DNA of 49,565 nt, filler included, from Jimgerdemannia flammicorona (GCA_003990765.1; 2 parts of 2 records of this genome joined end to end with filler, not necessarily neighbours in it), one strand, 5' to 3'. Positions 1 to 13,491 are shown, counted from the first letter of the whole stretch. Notes: a model not told the origin generated them from the letters alone. Translations and numbers: made by a program.

Positions 1-394
1 GAGGCTCCCATGGGGGACCCTCCCTGCCCTCCTGCTGAACCCGGCATCGCCTTCCCCAGTCCCAACCAACCATCCAGCCCTGTGGCCATCTTCCCCATCC
101 TGACCCTGTCGGCAAAGGTCGCCCTCCCCCCACCTCTCTGCCTCAGTCCACCTCTCCCTCCACCTCCAGCGCCACCGCCCACCACAGATGGCCCTGGCAT
201 CCCCAAACCATCTCCTTGTTTCCTCCCAACCTGCTGCCAGTCGAAGGCACGGCTGCCCCCCTGGCCGGCCTGCCCACCAGTTTGCTCGTTGCTCACCATG
301 TTGATAGTAGCTTTACACCAAAAACTTCGCAGAAAGTGTTGTCCAAATCTTGTGTCACCTGAATGTTACCGGTGAAAGGATGACCAGAGCCCGG
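1..394 (-). mobile_element. 5' end of a non-LTR retrotransposon (LINE): ~95-nt 5' UTR plus start of ORF1, running off the window
   Basis: ATG at 299 opens a stop-free minus-strand frame to the window edge: MVSNEQTGG..FDWQQVGRK..GGGRATFADRVRMG.., Gly-rich with WxxVxRK and xFAxxV motifs typical of LINE ORF1 N-termini. Similarity of the adjacent LTR to its sibling at 24836-25165 stops abruptly at ~394. Confidence 0.6.
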
Positions 395-1686
395 ACTAAC
401 TTTATTTCAGAGGAAATAAGAGAGATATTTATACAAAATATAATTCAATAGTTGCTAAGATATAAAGCTAAATATAAATTCCAATAACTAAAACTACTAA
501 GTTCTAGGGCTGGCATTATTTAGTGTCACATCAAAATACCAGTGCTGGAACAATTTTGCATCACCTCAGAATACCGGTGCTGGTATTATCCAATGTTACA
601 TGAGAATATCAGTGCTGACATCATCTAGTGTAACAAAGAACTTAGAGTAGAAAGTTCAGGATTATGGAGGCTTTATCATCATCATCACTAAAGGAGATGA
701 GATCCGTGAATTCATCATTTTCACGTGCTTCAATGTTACATGGGATGATGTCATCGATGACATCATCACATTTGGCTGTGGCAGGAAAATCAGAAATAAG
801 GTCTGGAGCTCTCTAGTCTATGAGGTTCTCTTCCATAAAATAAGGAACAAATGTGGGTTCTTGAGAAGATCTAACCCGGATGCTTAGGCCTTGGAATACT
901 GAGATCAATCCTTGCAGGAATTGATCTGGGTTATCCTGAAGGATAGGGTGCCAGAAGTCTTCTACTTCTTCGCTATTGAGGGTGATAGTGGACTGGGCTT
1001 CTGAGCCACTCTGGCTTCTAGTGCATTGATATGGCAGGATGATAGATCTCTGAAATCTGAGACTCTAATATACTCCAAGTTGGGGATTGACTATGATGCA
1101 TACCTGAAGATCTGATGAATCTTCTTAGCTATCCTTGTTTTGTATATATCCATGGGAGTGGCATCTTGTAGCTCTTGGGTGCTGGCCTGTGGGAACTCCT
1201 GGCAGAGGAGGTTTTCTATTTTATACTTCTGCTACATTTGGAGGTATTTGGTAGCAATGGTGATTCTTGTTTCCATTTCGCGGTAGTAGAGGATAAAGTG
1301 ATAAGGGTCTGCAGTACCCAGGTTGACACTAGGAGTCCTTCTTGAGTGGGTCCTCATGGCTCTTCTGATGTCTTGGAACATCCTTTTCTCGACCAAGATA
1401 CCTTGGTGATTCCTTGACCTTGAGGTTTGACAGACAGTAGGCATTTTGTTTGTGGTAAGTCTTTGAGCTATTTTGGGATTGGTGGTTCTTGTTGGTTGCT
1501 GCTACTGCGATTCCTTGATCCTTCTTTTATATTCTTCAGGATTCTTGTGCTGTGGTCACAATGACTCACAGTTGGTCATTATTGCTCATCTTATATGCCA
1601 TATGATCTTCTTGTGCTCTGATCTAGTGGCTTATAAGGAAAGGCTATCTCCTGTACTGATGTCATCATTCTGGAGTCACCATTACA
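395..1686 (-). mobile_element. LTR (family B), 3' end cut off by the LINE
   Basis: Minus strand begins TGTAAT at 1686; TATAAATA at 426-433 and AATAAA near 402-407; ~395-525 is the reverse complement of 24836-24966; ~35-bp repeats at ~510-630. Confidence 0.65.
642..1444 (-). pseudogene. Decayed ~265-codon ORF inside the U3 of LTR-B, unknown product
   Basis: MPTVCQTSRSRNHQGILVEKRMFQDIRRAM.. continues past point-mutation stops and one frameshift near 1050 into ..EEVEDFWHPILQDNPDQFLQGLISVFQGL..DDVIDDIIPCNIEARENDEFTDLISFSDDDDKASIILNFLL*. Confidence 0.5.
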
Positions 1687-2023
1687 ATATATATATATAT
1701 AACAGGATCTTTAAAATATATAAATATAGTTAGCTAAAGTATATCTATTTGTTAATTTTTTTTTTTTTTTTTAAATATATCTTATATAAAATATAATTCT
1801 TCCTACTTAGGCTTCAGTTTTTATAACTATAAAGCTTTTACTATATTCTGATATACTAGAACTTTGTCTTCTATCTTAAAAATCTCTAGAGACTTATAAG
1901 TCTTTTCTGTATTATTCTATTATAGCATCTGTATTTTAATTATATAATTTTTAGTCTTTTTCTTTATTTAATATAATTTTAATATATTTATATCAATATA
2001 CTTTTAGACTATACAAAGTATTC

Positions 2024-5000
2024 TTTTACATAAATGAAATATATACAAGGTGAACTAAATAGACTATATATAGAGTGAACTAAGTAGAATATATGTATAT
2101 ATAGTAACTTAATAAATATAAGTTATGCCTAATTGAATACTAATATAAGCTGAGTTGATGGGTTTGATAAATATAGAAGCATATACTTCTCTGGTCTGCC
2201 ATTTGTATAAAGTGAAGGGACAATCTTTTTATTGTATCTAACTAATAAGAAAGAGTGGTAGGGGTTGTTTAAAACTGATAGCAGAAAAACTAACTAAGTT
2301 TCTGATAGAGTCTATATACTTGATTGAATGTAATATATACTTAGTTGCTAAAGAGATATATAAATGTTCACTGAAACATACTAACTGTTTACTGCTTAGA
2401 GTTGGTATTCAAGAGCAGAAGAGCTGAGACTAAGCTAAATATTATATATAATATCTAAATAGAGACTAAACTCAAAACTAACTAGTAATACTAATTGTAT
2501 GAGTGGTTTCATATGGCTCTGATCACTTTACCAAAGTTTAAACTATATTTATAACTCTAACAAAGTTTCCTTTTACATAAATGAAATATATGCAAAGTGA
2601 ACTAAATAGACTATATAAATATAGAATTAACTAAGTAGAATATATATATAGTGATCTTATGAATATAGGTTATATCTAATTAGGTACTAATATGAGCCAA
2701 GTCAATGAGTTTGATGAATATAGAAGCATATGCTTCCCAGGTCCACTATTCACATAAAGTGAAGAGATCAATACTATGGGTCTGAGATGATCAGGCTCCT
2801 AAATCAGATACTGTCTACTACTATCATTGGCCAAATTCATAGCCTACTGGCAATCGGAAAGGAGAAGAGCAGTTACCATTGTAGTTATTCAAGACAGAAT
2901 ATAGTATAAGTTACAAATATAGTAAAGAAAGACTGTCAATTTCCAATTGCCTAATATGGACAAGATAGTCTACTGAAGCTAGTAAGATAGTATTGCTGAT
3001 GTGGAATAAGTAGCTATGGATACCAATGACCAGAGAAGTGCTAACTAATAGGGATCAGATGGTATTAATAAAAGTTATCTGAGAGAGGAGCTGTGATAGA
3101 CTGAGGGTCAGTAGACTGAGTGGAGAGTATCTGTAATATATTGTCCATTACAGTATAAGGACAATTGAATGTACTAGAAAGCTAAGGAAAATATCACTGA
3201 GTTTACTAGTTTTAATATATAGTAGATATAAAGACCAAAAAGAATAGATATTGACAAAATTCCAATATCTGCAAAAATGAGAGTAACTTATCTGTTATAC
3301 TGAATTAAACTTCATATTATCAGAAGTAGTAAGTTTATCAATCTGTATGAGACCATAGAATACTGTGCAAGTGGCTGCTCAAATAGTTATACCAAATGAT
3401 CACTAAAGTGTTCTGAATTTTCCAAAAATCCTGATGAATAATAGAATAGTGTTCCTATAGTTGAGAGGATGGTGGAGAGTGGGCCTGGATGGACTTAAGA
3501 ATAGTGTTAACAAGGAGAAGTATGGACCATTGCAGTTGGGGGCCATATCAATGGGCTATCTGATAAACAGCAAGATTATAGAAGTAGTTTTTGATAGTAG
3601 TGTGAATTTTCAAGCTATAATATCCAATAGCTCAATAGCTTATCTTATAGTGAGATAATGGTTGTCTTGCTAATATTGTAGATATCCAGGAAATAGTAGA
3701 GGGAGTTGATGCTGGGATATCAGTTATCTGTTTAGGTAAAAGATTGCTAGTAGAGATAAATATTAAATTGATGATAAAGTTATAAAGAGATATAATCAAG
3801 GTAGGTAGCAGATTCTGGGGGTGGAGAGAGAGGAAACCATAGGATAGAGGGTTAGCTAGGTTGGATGCAGAAGAAATATATCAAGCCTGAATATTAAATC
3901 CTGAGTCTAAATAAAGAAGAATGATGTGATATAGTAAATCATTTATAAGAGAGTAGTAATGAACTTAACTACTGATCAATACTTCAATATAGAGTTAGCT
4001 GTCACACTAAATAATGATGTACTGTAAATGAAGAGATGGGCTCCAAAGTACCAATAAGACTCAGATTGTAAATATTTCCTCTAAAAAATATCATAACCTT
4101 TGCCACTAAAGAAGGGGGCCCACTGAATGCTCTACCAGTAATGCCCTAGTAGATCACTAGTACTGAAAGTCCCAGATGTATCAGTAAAGAAACTGCAGTC
4201 AAGTCAGTCAGAATGATAGAGCAGATAATAAGTAGAGAATACCTGACTACTACTGTAAATTGGTAGTGATTATGATGGTGAATAACAGCACTCTATATAT
4301 ATAGAGTGACTTCCAAGAAGCAGTGAAGTAAATAATGCTATCATAAAATACTTTTCCATCAGATAGAATTTGAATAATATATATATATATTAGTGACTAG
4401 CAAGCAACTAGACTTCATAATGTAATCAGGAAAGGAGACAGTAAGGATATCTTGAGCTGACTGAAGTAAGCCACTCAGTGACTAAGGTTAAGATATAAGT
4501 ATGCTTATTATCTGAGAGATAGATTGTCATTGAGGGGACATTAAGATGAGGGAAGTAAATATGAATAGCACTAGACAAAGATCAAATAGGAGAAACATAT
4601 TGAGGAAAAAGAGATTAAGCCAGAAGATGTCCTATATTGCTCTATCAGACCAGTAGATCAGAATTATACAAAATGCATTCTTGACATCTGTCTTCCAGAA
4701 AAATGCTATAGGGCTAATAGTGATGAGTAAAAGTATGACAGCCTGAATAGAGTGATACTGAATAGAGAATTTATCAGAATTAATACTATTTATTGACTGA
4801 TTTGCCTTCAGGAAAAAAAAGGTACTAAATTGTCTGAAATTTGTCTGAATGTTTTTGGGAATAGCTCCTAGAGATATATTGCAAAAGGAACAGAATTTAG
4901 AAGAGATTACCAATAGTGAAGAGAAGGAACCTAAGTACTGACTGGTGACTAATTCATTGTGGATGTTAGTAGAAAGGACATCCTAATACTAATATGCAGA

Positions 5001-7177
5001 TATAAGATTGTCAGATAGAAGTTCTATGAGAAGCTTAGGGTAGGAGTAGTTGCTATATAGATAACTCTTCTAGAGATCAGTAAGATGATATTGAATGAGA
5101 AATTGGTCAGAGTGCAATTTTAGGACTCATGTCCACTCTGTCAACTGATATGAGATAGCAGATTGAGCAGAGATCAGTAGAATGATTAGGTTAGCTATAG
5201 TGAGTAGTATATATTAAAGCAGTATAGAGTCTGTAACAGAAAAGACAGATGTGGACTTGACTTCAGTTATTGTGGGGGCAATCTGTACTGCTGTTAAAAT
5301 TCCTACAGATAGAGCTAGCTATATTATTCTGATATAGTAGGTTATCTGACTTTAGTATAAATATAGATCATTGAAGGGGGGTTTGAATATAGAAGTTAAC
5401 TCTATACCTCTATATCTTATATCAAAAGCATGATACATTATGAGTAGGAGTGGCTTTTATGGTTCTAGAAGCTGTCACTGAACTACCAGCTAACTGTAAT
5501 ATAGTCACTCTACAATTATATACTACTGAGGTTATGGTTAGTTGACTAATAATCATTTCAAAGATATGGTAAACTGCTTCTGGGTTACCAATGTTTAGCT
5601 CTGGAAATGATGCTTTATATATACAGACTTATCAATCAAAGTATTGGAGTGCCACTTAGTTATACCAATTATTGATAGTCTTGATGATAAAAATGGCATA
5701 AGTGAGTAATTGGGAGGTATATATGGTATGAGCAGTAGCCCCCATCATGCCCAGGATAAGAAGAGCTCCTCAAATATTAAAAATGGCTTCCAGTCACAAA
5801 GAAAGATCAAGGTTATGGTCCAGGGGGTGTGTGTCTGATTTTTTATAGCTTATATATAAGATTAATATATTGCTTATCCATTTTATTAGAATTTGATAAT
5901 CACTTACTTCTAATGATGCTAATAGGTCTAGAGAAACCCAATTGTGCCTTAGTGTAATGTCAGAGTTAAACAAAGAAGTTGACTCACTATTGACTATTCT
6001 TATTGAAGTAGATAGTAGATGTAGAGAGAAGGTGACTAGCAGAGAGGACACTAGTAGTGGGCCCATAGGAAATATTGGTAGAATCATGGCTTGATTTGGG
6101 GCAGATTGCTTGGTTAGCTGTGCAACAAGTGTAGATAATAACTTTTTGATGAAGATTGCTTTGGCTTGCTCTGATAGTTGTAGGAGTTTGGGCTATAGAC
6201 TTAGATGGTACATGTCCAACTGTGCTACCAGTACTGATTTTTGGCCATTGACTAGTAGGTTGTACTTACAGCATAGTGCAACCAGATGTTCTTTGCATAG
6301 GGTATATAGATCTGCAAGGTTTGGAATCTGGGGGTGAGCTTGTGGAAGATCTTGAGCTAGAATTAGAGCTATACTTAGTAGACATAGCTAGTATTCCCAA
6401 ACAAATCAAATCAATTCAAATTGAATTAAATTGAGGGTCATTCAAATCGAATTGAATTGGGGATTTTTCAATTTGAATCAAGTTTGAATTGAATCAAATT
6501 TGAATTGAATCAAATTTGAATTGAATTGAGGTTCTAATTTAAATCCTATTTTTCAAAATGTAATTACTTGATGACTACATATTCAAATTCAATGATCTTT
6601 AGCTTGTTCGATTCCCCTATATAAGAGGAATCTAACAAGCTAAAGATCATTGAATTTGAATGTATATTAGTTGAGTTATTACATTTTAAAAGATAGGGTT
6701 CAAATCAGACCTCAAATTGAATTAGCCTTCAATTTGATTTAAATCAAATTGAATTGGACCTTTTGATTTGATAAAATCAAATCAAATTTGAGTCAAATTC
6801 AATTCAATTTGATTCATTGAGAGCACTAAGAGTAGTCCTTGCAACTAAGTACAAATTAGAGGCATTAGGGCCTGTTATGTAAAACTGATGGTAGAAAAAC
6901 TAACTAAGTTACTGGTATAGTCTATATGCTTGATTGAATGTGACATGTACTCAATCACTAAAGGGGCATATAAATTTTTACTGAAATATACTAACTGTTT
7001 GCCACTTAGAGCTGGCATTCAAAGGGCAGAAGAACTAAGACTAAGCTAAATATTGTATATAATATCTGAATAGAGACTAAGCTCAAAACTAACTAATACT
7101 ACTGATTGTATGAGCAGTTTTATATGTAGCTCTAATCACTTTGTCAAAGTTGAACTATCTATGTTTATAACTTTAAT
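2024..7177 (-). mobile_element. Degenerate Ngaro-type tyrosine-recombinase retrotransposon with split direct repeats
   Basis: Repeat order A1 (~6881-7177), ORFs, B1 (~2570-2771), A2 (~2271-2560), B2 (~2024-2224). Decayed motifs: RT WKTDVKNAFCII (~4670-4700); RNase H FTDTSG, EEIFTI..LW..CDS and YISSASNLANPLS (~3840-4200); YR HSYLFHI and ILGNWK..FLYYI (~2915-3020). Confidence 0.75.
6389..6828. mobile_element. Foldback MITE with hAT-like termini, inserted in the Ngaro element
   Basis: Ends TAGTATTCCCAA and TTGAGAGCACTA; the whole element is a near palindrome centred at ~6620 (TTCAAATTCAATGATCTTTAGCTTGTT / AACAAGCTAAAGATCATTGAATTTGAA) with many AATTG/CAAAT subrepeats; no clean TSD. Confidence 0.65.
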
Positions 7178-9163
7178 ATATCTCTATTAAGTAATAGGCT
7201 TTCTTCAGAACTTTCTTCTCTAAACAATAATTTCTGAGAGATAAAATAATACTTTATGATCATATATCTCAGAGAGTAAGTAAAGTGAAATCATTAGTCA
7301 CATACTATAAAGTACATAGTGCTAGGAGGGCATGGGTTTCTTGCTATATAAAACTTACTATTTGATAGTGTCAAAGAACCTAGAGAGTCTAGCCACTGGA
7401 TGAGAGTTGAAATATCTCATTACTTTATCTTATTCTTAAGAAGAGAGGTATAAGATATGTACCAGCACTCTGAATCAGACAGAAGGATGTCAGATGTTTA
7501 GAGAAATAGATACTATTAACTCTGATATCTATAGCCAATAGCTGTGTATACTCTCTGAAGTTGATAAGTACTCATTTCTTTATAAAAGAGATGAGTTAGA
7601 AAATTGGTACATTCCTCAGTAGATACTTAAAGAGAATCAATGTGCTATTTTTCACACAAATATTTATAGTATTGATATATAGATTTAATATATTAATCTA
7701 GATGAGATTTCTAGTTAGTGCTATTAGTATTTTGATATTAGATAAATACTGCTGATCAGTTTAGTGAATATATTCCAATAGTCTATCTATATTACTACTA
7801 ATGATGTTTAGTAAGAGAGAAGGATCAGGAGAGCTATCACTATCTCTATAATCTCAGACTACTAGCTCTGTTACTGCTAAAATAGAATGATAAGAATAAA
7901 GTAGGAGTATCAGTCTCTTATATCTTGTGAAGAGTATAATTGATTATGATCTAAAATAGATTTATATAGACTATAGTGGCTTATCATTAGTGTTAGAAGG
8001 TATCTATTCCTAGAGTATCAGGGGCAGTCTTCTAGTTGTAAAAATATGAAGTTTATATTATTATTTATAAGATAAACAGATCTATATAAATGGGGCTTCA
8101 CTGGTGGAGAAGATAGCAAAAGATGATGAGATTAAGTTGTCAGTTATCAGGATCAGAGTATATATAACTCAGAAAGTCTACCTGAGTATTCTCCAACTCT
8201 GATAGATATTCTGCAAAGGGGCAGATATACTATATTAGACAAATCTGATAGATTTATACTACTATCCATAAAGATAATAGAAGGTACTCTCTTACTTGTT
8301 GATTAAAGCTCATATAGTTATGTGTATTGTCTATACAAATAAGTATTTTGTGGCCCTCTTAGTAAAAGTAATTAATCTGGAGTATGAAGAGAACTGTCTT
8401 TAGTTTATAGTAGTTAATATAAAGATACTATTCCATAGATATCTAGAAACTAGTCATCTGATATATATATAATATAGATGATAGAGATAGAGAATAAGAT
8501 CTTAAAGCCTCAGTCTATATTACTAGTATCAGTATTTACTATTATCTTAGAGACCTCAGAGAGAAGAGAGCAGTTATTTCAGTCTAGAAGTTTATTATAG
8601 AGGTAGCAGATAGTATTATCATATTATTTCAGTTGGTTTGATTATTTATAAGAGATATCTGGATATTGCAAATAAATGACCATATCTGAAAACAGACCAG
8701 AAAAACTACCTAAGTAGTAGAGTTGTAAGGCTAATAGAGAGGCAATCTTATAAATTGAGATAGTAGATATGGATATAAGATAAAGAAAAGAGGCTATCTT
8801 CTTATAAATCTTACAGATCTTATCAGTAGATATGTAGGTACAGCTCTATCTTAGTAATATTGACCAAGAAATTCAGGAAAGTCTATATCTGTTTGAGATC
8901 TCATATATACTTAGTTAGATATAGTAGAATCTCTAGTATTTTTAAATAATTATAGATTATCTTACTATAGAGAAGTACTTTATTATATAAAGAAGTCAGG
9001 AGACAGATGTTATTAATATAATAGGTTAGACAAATACCATAGGATTGAAGTAGTTCAAGAACTGCCATATCATATCTGAGAGACTGAGGAGAAACTAATA
9101 GTATTGCTCTGAACTTCTTATTGATCTATCACTATTGAAAGATAAGAAACTACTAATAATCAG

Positions 9164-9682
9164 TAGTACTCTAAATGAGCTAGTCTATATTGATTTAAAG
9201 TAACTTATAGGTGATATAATTTGAAGAGAATTTGATATATCAATATCAATTATATTGATTTCCAAATTAGACAATTAAATGTTTACATCAATAACTTGAT
9301 AAAATATCATCCAATTTTGATGATTGTAGTCTTATTCAAAAACCTATAACAAGTTCTTTCTAATGATACTAAGAGAATTGAAATTGGATAATATATTGCC
9401 AAGTTATTAAGAAAAATATCTAATTTGCTAATTTTGGAAATATTGATAACTTGGTAATATATTATTTGATTTCAATATTCTTGATATTATTAAGAAGGTC
9501 TCTTTAAGGGCTTTTGAATTATATTACAATTATCAAAATTAGATCAAGTTATTGATGTAAATATTTAATTCTCTAATTTGAAAATCAAAACAATGATATT
9601 GATATATTGAATTCTCTTCAAATTATATATACCACCTATAAGTTTCTTTGAATTGATCTAGATTAGCTTATTTAGAGTACTA
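9164..9682. mobile_element. hAT-type foldback MITE with 8-bp TSD, inserted in the DIRS RT
   Basis: TIR TAGTACTCTAAATGAGCTAGTCTA / TAGATTAGCTTATTTAGAGTACTA; inverted symmetry continues through the interior; flanks ATAATCAG (9156-9163) and GTAATCAG (9683-9690). Confidence 0.85.
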
Positions 9683-10999
9683 GTAATCAGAATAAAGAAG
9701 AATGTGAATATAAGTATCCTTGATATCAATCTTGATGAGAAAGTCTTCTAGTTATACTATATAGCAGAGAGTCTGAATACCTTCTATCTTGAAATGTAAT
9801 TGCTGTATAAACTTATTCAGTAAATATGCATTAAGGTAAGCATGATCTTTATCTATCTGAAAACTGTGAAGATATTAGAAAAAAAGAGCTCTTTCTTAGA
9901 ATAGATCTTAAGGATAGTCTTCTTATTATAGAAGTCAATCTACAAGAGCCTTCTTTATTGAATATACTCTTTTTATATGAGAAGGAGGATTGAATATGTA
10001 GCAGAAGTCAGTAAATTTAAGTCTTGCTATATATTGTATCAATCATCTATTAGTTGATGCCCAGGGCTTTTCAGACTAATTTGAGAACTCAGACTAGTCA
10101 GGCTCTTATCAGAGAGATGTTAGATATCTTTAAAGCAAGTGAGTGGTAGATGGAGAAATCCTTCAGAATTGAGCAATAAGTGTTGTTACACTTAGACCTG
10201 GGGTCCAGCTACAGAACTCTCTCTGGTTACTTAGAGTGTAGTTCTGATAGATTTGTTGAGAGTTATAGAAATCAGAGTACTAGTTATCTCTTGATCTATT
10301 TTCCTACCTATATTTCCTAAAGGTGAATTTACTATAGATAGAGATAGATGAGTTCTGAGTAATAGATAGCTTATTGAAAGCAGTTCAGACTACAAGTCAG
10401 TTTTTTTTTTTTTTTTTTTTTATATATATTTAGCATTATTCTAGAAGTGATAGAGAAAGTCAGGACTAAAAAATATCACAATAATTCTATATGCAGGAAG
10501 GAGAGCAGAAGACCATCTAGCTGTCTTGGTAAGCTTGATATATTAATAGATATAAATACCTTCAGCTTTATAAAACTTGATCCAAAGAGAGTCTTGGGTT
10601 TCTTTATTATGGAGATAATAATAGTATTGTGGATTAGACTATAGTAGTTATCAGTTCCATCACTATAAGATTTGAGAATATGGAGGAAAATTGCAATAGG
10701 ACAGAATATATTATAGATAGTATGTTAGAAGTTAGCAAGGTTCTGATCAGTATCCTTGATGATCTTGATGAAGTTATTAATAAAGACTTCATTAATGGAG
10801 ATTGTTTAAAAGATACTATCCTTTGGTTCTGAGTTCTGGTGGATGAGTTTTCTAAGGCTGGGGAAGGTGAGGTGCATATAATACATTCTGAAGAAACTAT
10901 GTCAGAGAAGGTGGGCAGGACATTGAAGTAGCCAATATCTCTGGTCCTGGCAGTAGTGAGGAATTCATCATTGCTCCTGTCATTATTGGCAAGGGCATT

Positions 11000-11140
11000 A
11001 TATTAGGCATCCCATCAAGTCCAGAGATCTGGCCTCTGATATATATCATATTAGACATCCCATCAAGTCCAGAGATCTGGCCTCTGATGTATATCATATT
11101 AGACATCCCATCAAGTTCAGAGATCTGGCCTCTGATGTAT
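11000..11140. repeat. 48-bp tandem repeat, ~3 copies
   Basis: CATCCCATCAAGT(C/T)CAGAGATCTGGCCTCTGAT starts at 11008, 11056 and 11104. Confidence 0.9.
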
Positions 11141-12620
11141 TAGGGCTGGCAGAGGAAAAGGGCATCAATGACCTGCTATTGTTCATACTTAGATATGATA
11201 GCTAGATCTGGTGGAGTAGGGTGGAGGTAGACCACAACTGCTGCAGTGACCTGTTAAATGAATTCAGTCTGTTCAGCCAAAGTGGCATGTTGTTGGTATT
11301 GTTGTTGAAGTTGTTCATCATTCATAGTAAAAGAAGGTGATTGGTGGGTTGAAAAAAGAAGGTGAACTGCCAAGCTTTCAAAATGGCTAAAGAGACTCTA
11401 CAGGAGTCAAGAGGTTCCTTTAATTGGGACTAATGTCTTACAAGATGCCTCAAACACATATGACTGATGAACATGTAGATTTAACACATAAATCATGTCT
11501 AAGACACTACAAATAAAGCACGCCATTGCCTTAGAGATGGCAGAAACCAACTCTGAAACAGTCCGGAACAAAGCGACGCTTAGTCGTTTATTCGTGACGT
11601 ATAACTGGTACGTTACATCTCTTATTTGTGACGTATTACTCGTAACGCCACTTATTTGTGACGCATCATCCGGAGCGTATCTTTACAACTGACGCCATAC
11701 CGATGTCGCGGTCCATCTTGTATAATAAATGTATGTTTATCATCACACATAAACTGCTCAAACAATATTCACAATCATTGAATCTCCCTTTCGTTGATCT
11801 CAAACATATCTCGTTCTTCGTTTATATTAGTTGGTTCGTGTGCATCTTTATGTGTGGCTAGCGACTAAATATATATGATTGATACTTTAGAGAATCACTC
11901 TGTTTCCAACAGCGTATTGAGTTCTACAACGGAAACATTGCCGTTTCATGGAGTTCGATGAATGAATTCGTGCATCACCGTCTAATCATTAGACTCCTTC
12001 GACATAACATATGTACCGTCGTATGCAAAACACTACCATGAGCTCCGATATATTTTAATTTATTTTACGATCTACGTTATGAAAGGTCGGTGGGTTGAGC
12101 CTATCTTTTATGCCGTTTTAAAGGGGAATTCATTGATTGGCTTGTGAAGTCATTTCACTATATTCATTATATATACATCTGGCACTACGTCTTATCTCAA
12201 CCAGCTGTAATCGGGGTTGGTGCAGTGTTCATTACGCTCTTTTTGGCCATATTTTTCTTTTATTCTGCGGATTACTCTCAAAAATAGCATCTTAACACAC
12301 ATGGTTATACATGCAGTAACAATCACCATAATTTTGTCGAAGCCTGGCGTCCGGACACCATTTCATTGTGATAAACGTCAAACTTGCCCCCCAAGACGAT
12401 TAAAAGGTTATCTACACTGTGGATATTCAAACTTGGCGATTTAACCCGTCAAAAAAATTCCAACACTTAAGAGTGACAAAAAAAAAAAAAAAAAGACTCG
12501 CGCAATCAATGGACTCCCTCGTGCAGGAGCACACATTTTCATGCAAAGCAGTTCTGCATTTTTGACAGAGTATAGCCTGTGAGAAAATTTGCACCGAAAA
12601 TATTGCTGAAATAGCGCTGC

Positions 12621-13491
12621 CTACACCAATTGCTTACTGCGCATTGGCACATATGGCGGAGGAGGTGGTGGCTCAGAATGTACTGGTTTTCGGTAACAGC
12701 AATAAATGATACCGCCGATGGTGAGCACGACGACGACGAGACTCAAAAAAATACCGACGATCATGCCGGTGTTGGTGGTCGCAACGTAAACGATGCTCTG
12801 GGTGTTATTGTTTTCCGTGTCGGCAGCAGCCACACCCATGGTGGTAGTGACGTAGACTGTGAGAACTTGTGTGGTGGCCTGCGGGCAATTGCCGAACGTC
12901 GAGCTGGGTGTCGAAGTTGGCGCGACTGAAGCTGGCAAACTGTAGTTGCCGCATTTTAGGACAGGCCATGTTAAGTCAGTCTGGCCAAGTAGGGAAAACG
13001 GAGGCGAGGCGGGAGTAAGTTGGTGTATATATATGGATCAGAAGACGTGAAGTGATTATGGACATACTCACAGGTGGAATGCTGTAGCAATAAAGACATA
13101 AGTTGACATTGTTGACCCACGCTTAGGCGCAGGCCCCCGTCGTAGGACAGGGGGCGATATTATTCTTGCAGATATTGATAACGTTGGCAGGTACAGGAGT
13201 CGTCGGGAAATGGTAGGTGTCGAAGTCGTCATATTGGCCCGGGTTGCCGCATGCCAAAATAGCGTATCGGTGGACATCCTGGAAAGGGCAAGAAAGACTG
13301 TAAGTAAGTTGGTTAATCGTACGTTAGACACGGTTAAATGTTATGCGGATACTCACGGAAGTCAATCCAGCGCAGTAAAAACATGTCGCGGCGTTTATAA
13401 GCCAATTTCTATAATAATCACAGTTACCGACGGCGCCGGTGCCAACAATCTTGCAAGCGTTTTGGTATCCGTTACAGGAGGCAACGCTCAT
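12621..13491 (-). pseudogene. Paralog 1 of the Cys-repeat single-TM protein, premature stop at codon 97
   Basis: Exons 13491-13357, 13278-13072, 12980-12621; introns GTGAGT..CAG of 78 and 91 bp; would give 233 aa, but CAA>TAA at 13123-13125; TM MIVGIFLSLVVVVLTIGGIIY, tail PPPPPPYVPMRSKQLV. Confidence 0.8.

Larger units (their letters stand above)
7180..11480 (-). mobile_element. Degenerate DIRS1-type retrotransposon (RT and methyltransferase-like domain recognisable)
   Basis: Minus-strand motifs FFSNIFTV, LNKFIQQLHFKIEG, IKIDIKDTYIHI (~9700-9895); GICLTYYINNICLL, a decayed YIDD box (~9000-9040); Q*SPIYIDLF and YINLF*III resembling the DIRS1 MT motifs WGP..IDLF and YxNPPW (~7925-8105). Ends approximate. 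Confidence 0.7.

Noticed and set aside
10..375. Pro-rich 121-aa plus-strand ORF
   Set aside because: Antisense of the Gly-rich LINE ORF1 frame.
391..400. Shared GTTAGT at two LINE insertion junctions (here and at 39034-39039) as a target site
   Set aside because: Opposite orientation relative to the elements and only two events.
11000..11140. CRISPR-like appearance of short repeats here and at 44770-46290
   Set aside because: Head-to-tail repeats without unique spacers, no cas genes, eukaryotic context.
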